From Candidatus Margulisiibacteriota bacterium (GTDB lineage: Bacteria > Margulisbacteria > WOR-1 > O2-12-FULL-45-9), in assembly GCA_043816785.1 (NCBI GenBank), contig JBDRHP010000002.1, positions 1 through 26,401 on the forward strand: a DNA stretch of 26,401 nt, written 5' to 3'. Each line of letters opens with the position of its first letter. The stretch's first letter is position 1. Shown in pieces: positions 25,393-26,401 of the stretch. The notes beneath the pieces were generated by a model. It worked only from the letters and a program-made list of their open reading frames with translations. It made no database searches and was not told the DNA's origin. The translations under genes were made by a program, and so were the position numbers.

Positions 25393-26211
25393 TTACGATC
25401 TCTTTTTCAGCCATTCCAGGATATCCGCAAAAACCTGTTCTTTGCCCAGCTCAATGCTTAGTGCGTGCAGCATTTCCGGATATTCAAAGAGTCTTTTATC
25501 TTTGACCGCCAATTTCTGATAGATCCTCCTGCTTTCTTTCGGATCGACCAGATAGTCCTTGCCGGCAAGCAGAAAAAGCGTAGGTATGCTCACTTTCTTG
25601 GCCGCGCTTTTTGCTTCAACCTGGCCCAAGAGATTGTTCAGCAGCATTTGAGCGCTGGCAACGCGCGATTCCCGCTTATCCGCGTCCATTTTTTTCTGAT
25701 AGGCAACGTCACGGGTGCACATGGCAGATGTAAAAGGCACCTTGATCGGCTTCTTCTGGTTATAGAGCAGTGAAGTGATGAGCTGGAAATAGGCGGAAAT
25801 AGGAAAAGCCATATTGCTCTTAAAAGCAGGCGAGATCAGGATCTGTCCGGCGAACAGTTCAGGTTGTTTTGCCGCCAGCAGGAAAGAGATCAGCGAGCCC
25901 ATGCTTTCAGCCAGGATAAAGATCTTTTTGCCGGGATGTTCTTTGCGAGCTAGTCCATACAAGCTGATGATGTCCTTATAGTAGACAGCAAATGAGTCAA
26001 CGTGGCCAGGAACATTTTGCGTTTCGCCGTAACCTTTGAGCTCAATGGCATAGCAGGTAAAGCCTTTTGAGCTTAAGTGTTCACCAAAAAAGTTCCAGCG
26101 GGCTGAATGCGCGCCCAAGCCATGGACCAGAAGCAGGACAGCTCGCGTTTCTGCGGCAGGCCAAGACCGGTATTTGATGTCAGAGCCAGGCAGGTTTTTT
26201 AGCTCAGGCAT
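25393..26211 (-). CDS. Alpha/beta hydrolase, monoacylglycerol lipase/lysophospholipase-like
   Basis: LLVHGLGAHSARW, ELKGYGE, nucleophile elbow AESMG, KDYLV, MLHAL. Confidence 0.9.
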   Translation of the reverse strand: MPELKNLPGSDIKYRSWPAAETRAVLLLVHGLGAHSARWNFFGEHLSSKGFTCYAIELKGYGETQNVPGHVDSFAVYYKDIISLYGLARKEHPGKKIFILAESMGSLISFLLAAKQPELFAGQILISPAFKSNMAFPISAYFQLITSLLYNQKKPIKVPFTSAMCTRDVAYQKKMDADKRESRVASAQMLLNNLLGQVEAKSAAKKVSIPTLFLLAGKDYLVDPKESRRIYQKLAVKDKRLFEYPEMLHALSIELGKEQVFADILEWLKKRS

Positions 26212-26217
26212 GGCTGG

Positions 26218-26226
26218 ATTATATCA
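26218..26226 (-). promoter_or_regulatory. Extended -10 promoter for the lipase-glp operon (leaderless)
   Basis: TGATATAAT ending 6 nt upstream of the ATG. Confidence 0.7.
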
Positions 26227-26285
26227 CTAATTTAGGCTGAAGAAAATTACCCGCTCCGCTCTGTGTCAAGTCATTTAAGTAGGTA

Positions 26286-26307
26286 ACCCAACGGCCTGCG
26301 GTTGGGT
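26286..26307. repeat. Short hairpin ACCCAAC-N8-GTTGGGT
   Basis: Perfect 7-bp stem in the intergenic region. Confidence 0.5.
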
Positions 26308-26401
26308 CAAACAATATGTAACCGAAATCGACCTTGTTCTGGGTCTCAATTTTTTATAAATCATAATATTCTGAGGCCGTTTTTTCTTTTGCTGGTAGAG
26401 C

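Noticed and set aside
354..25773. Numerous short antisense or nested ORFs in the six-frame track
   Set aside because: They overlap well-supported genes and show no recognisable motifs; treated as shadow ORFs.

Overview
This is a compact bacterial chromosomal window made up mostly of housekeeping genes. They include ackA, apbE, a GlmU-like gene, pyrB, rnhB, aroC, ilvD and ilvB-ilvN, the operon rpsP-khpA-ylqD-trmD-SPOUT-rplS-lepB (no rimM), and a lipase-glpK-G3P dehydrogenase glycerol(ipid) operon. The lineage cannot be fixed from sequence alone; an uncultured Terrabacteria-side group such as WOR-1/Saganbacteria is a tentative guess. The left end looks like the edge of an integrative element, where a large serine recombinase reads into tRNA-Gln(TTG) on the opposite strand. 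Upstream of that tRNA, a solo GIY-YIG nuclease gene sits between the intact tRNA and a second copy of its 5' half, which is interrupted by a 65-nt hairpin. Other unusual signals: (1) two orphan-like genes, a catalytically degenerate long RelA/SpoT homologue and a 488-aa internally repeated protein, share a sigma-28-like promoter and Arg/Pro-rich N-termini; (2) several unrelated heptamer tandem repeats occur, two as direct+inverted pairs and two within coding sequence; (3) palindromes are inserted in-frame in apbE and the G3P dehydrogenase gene; (4) many genes appear to be transcribed leaderless.
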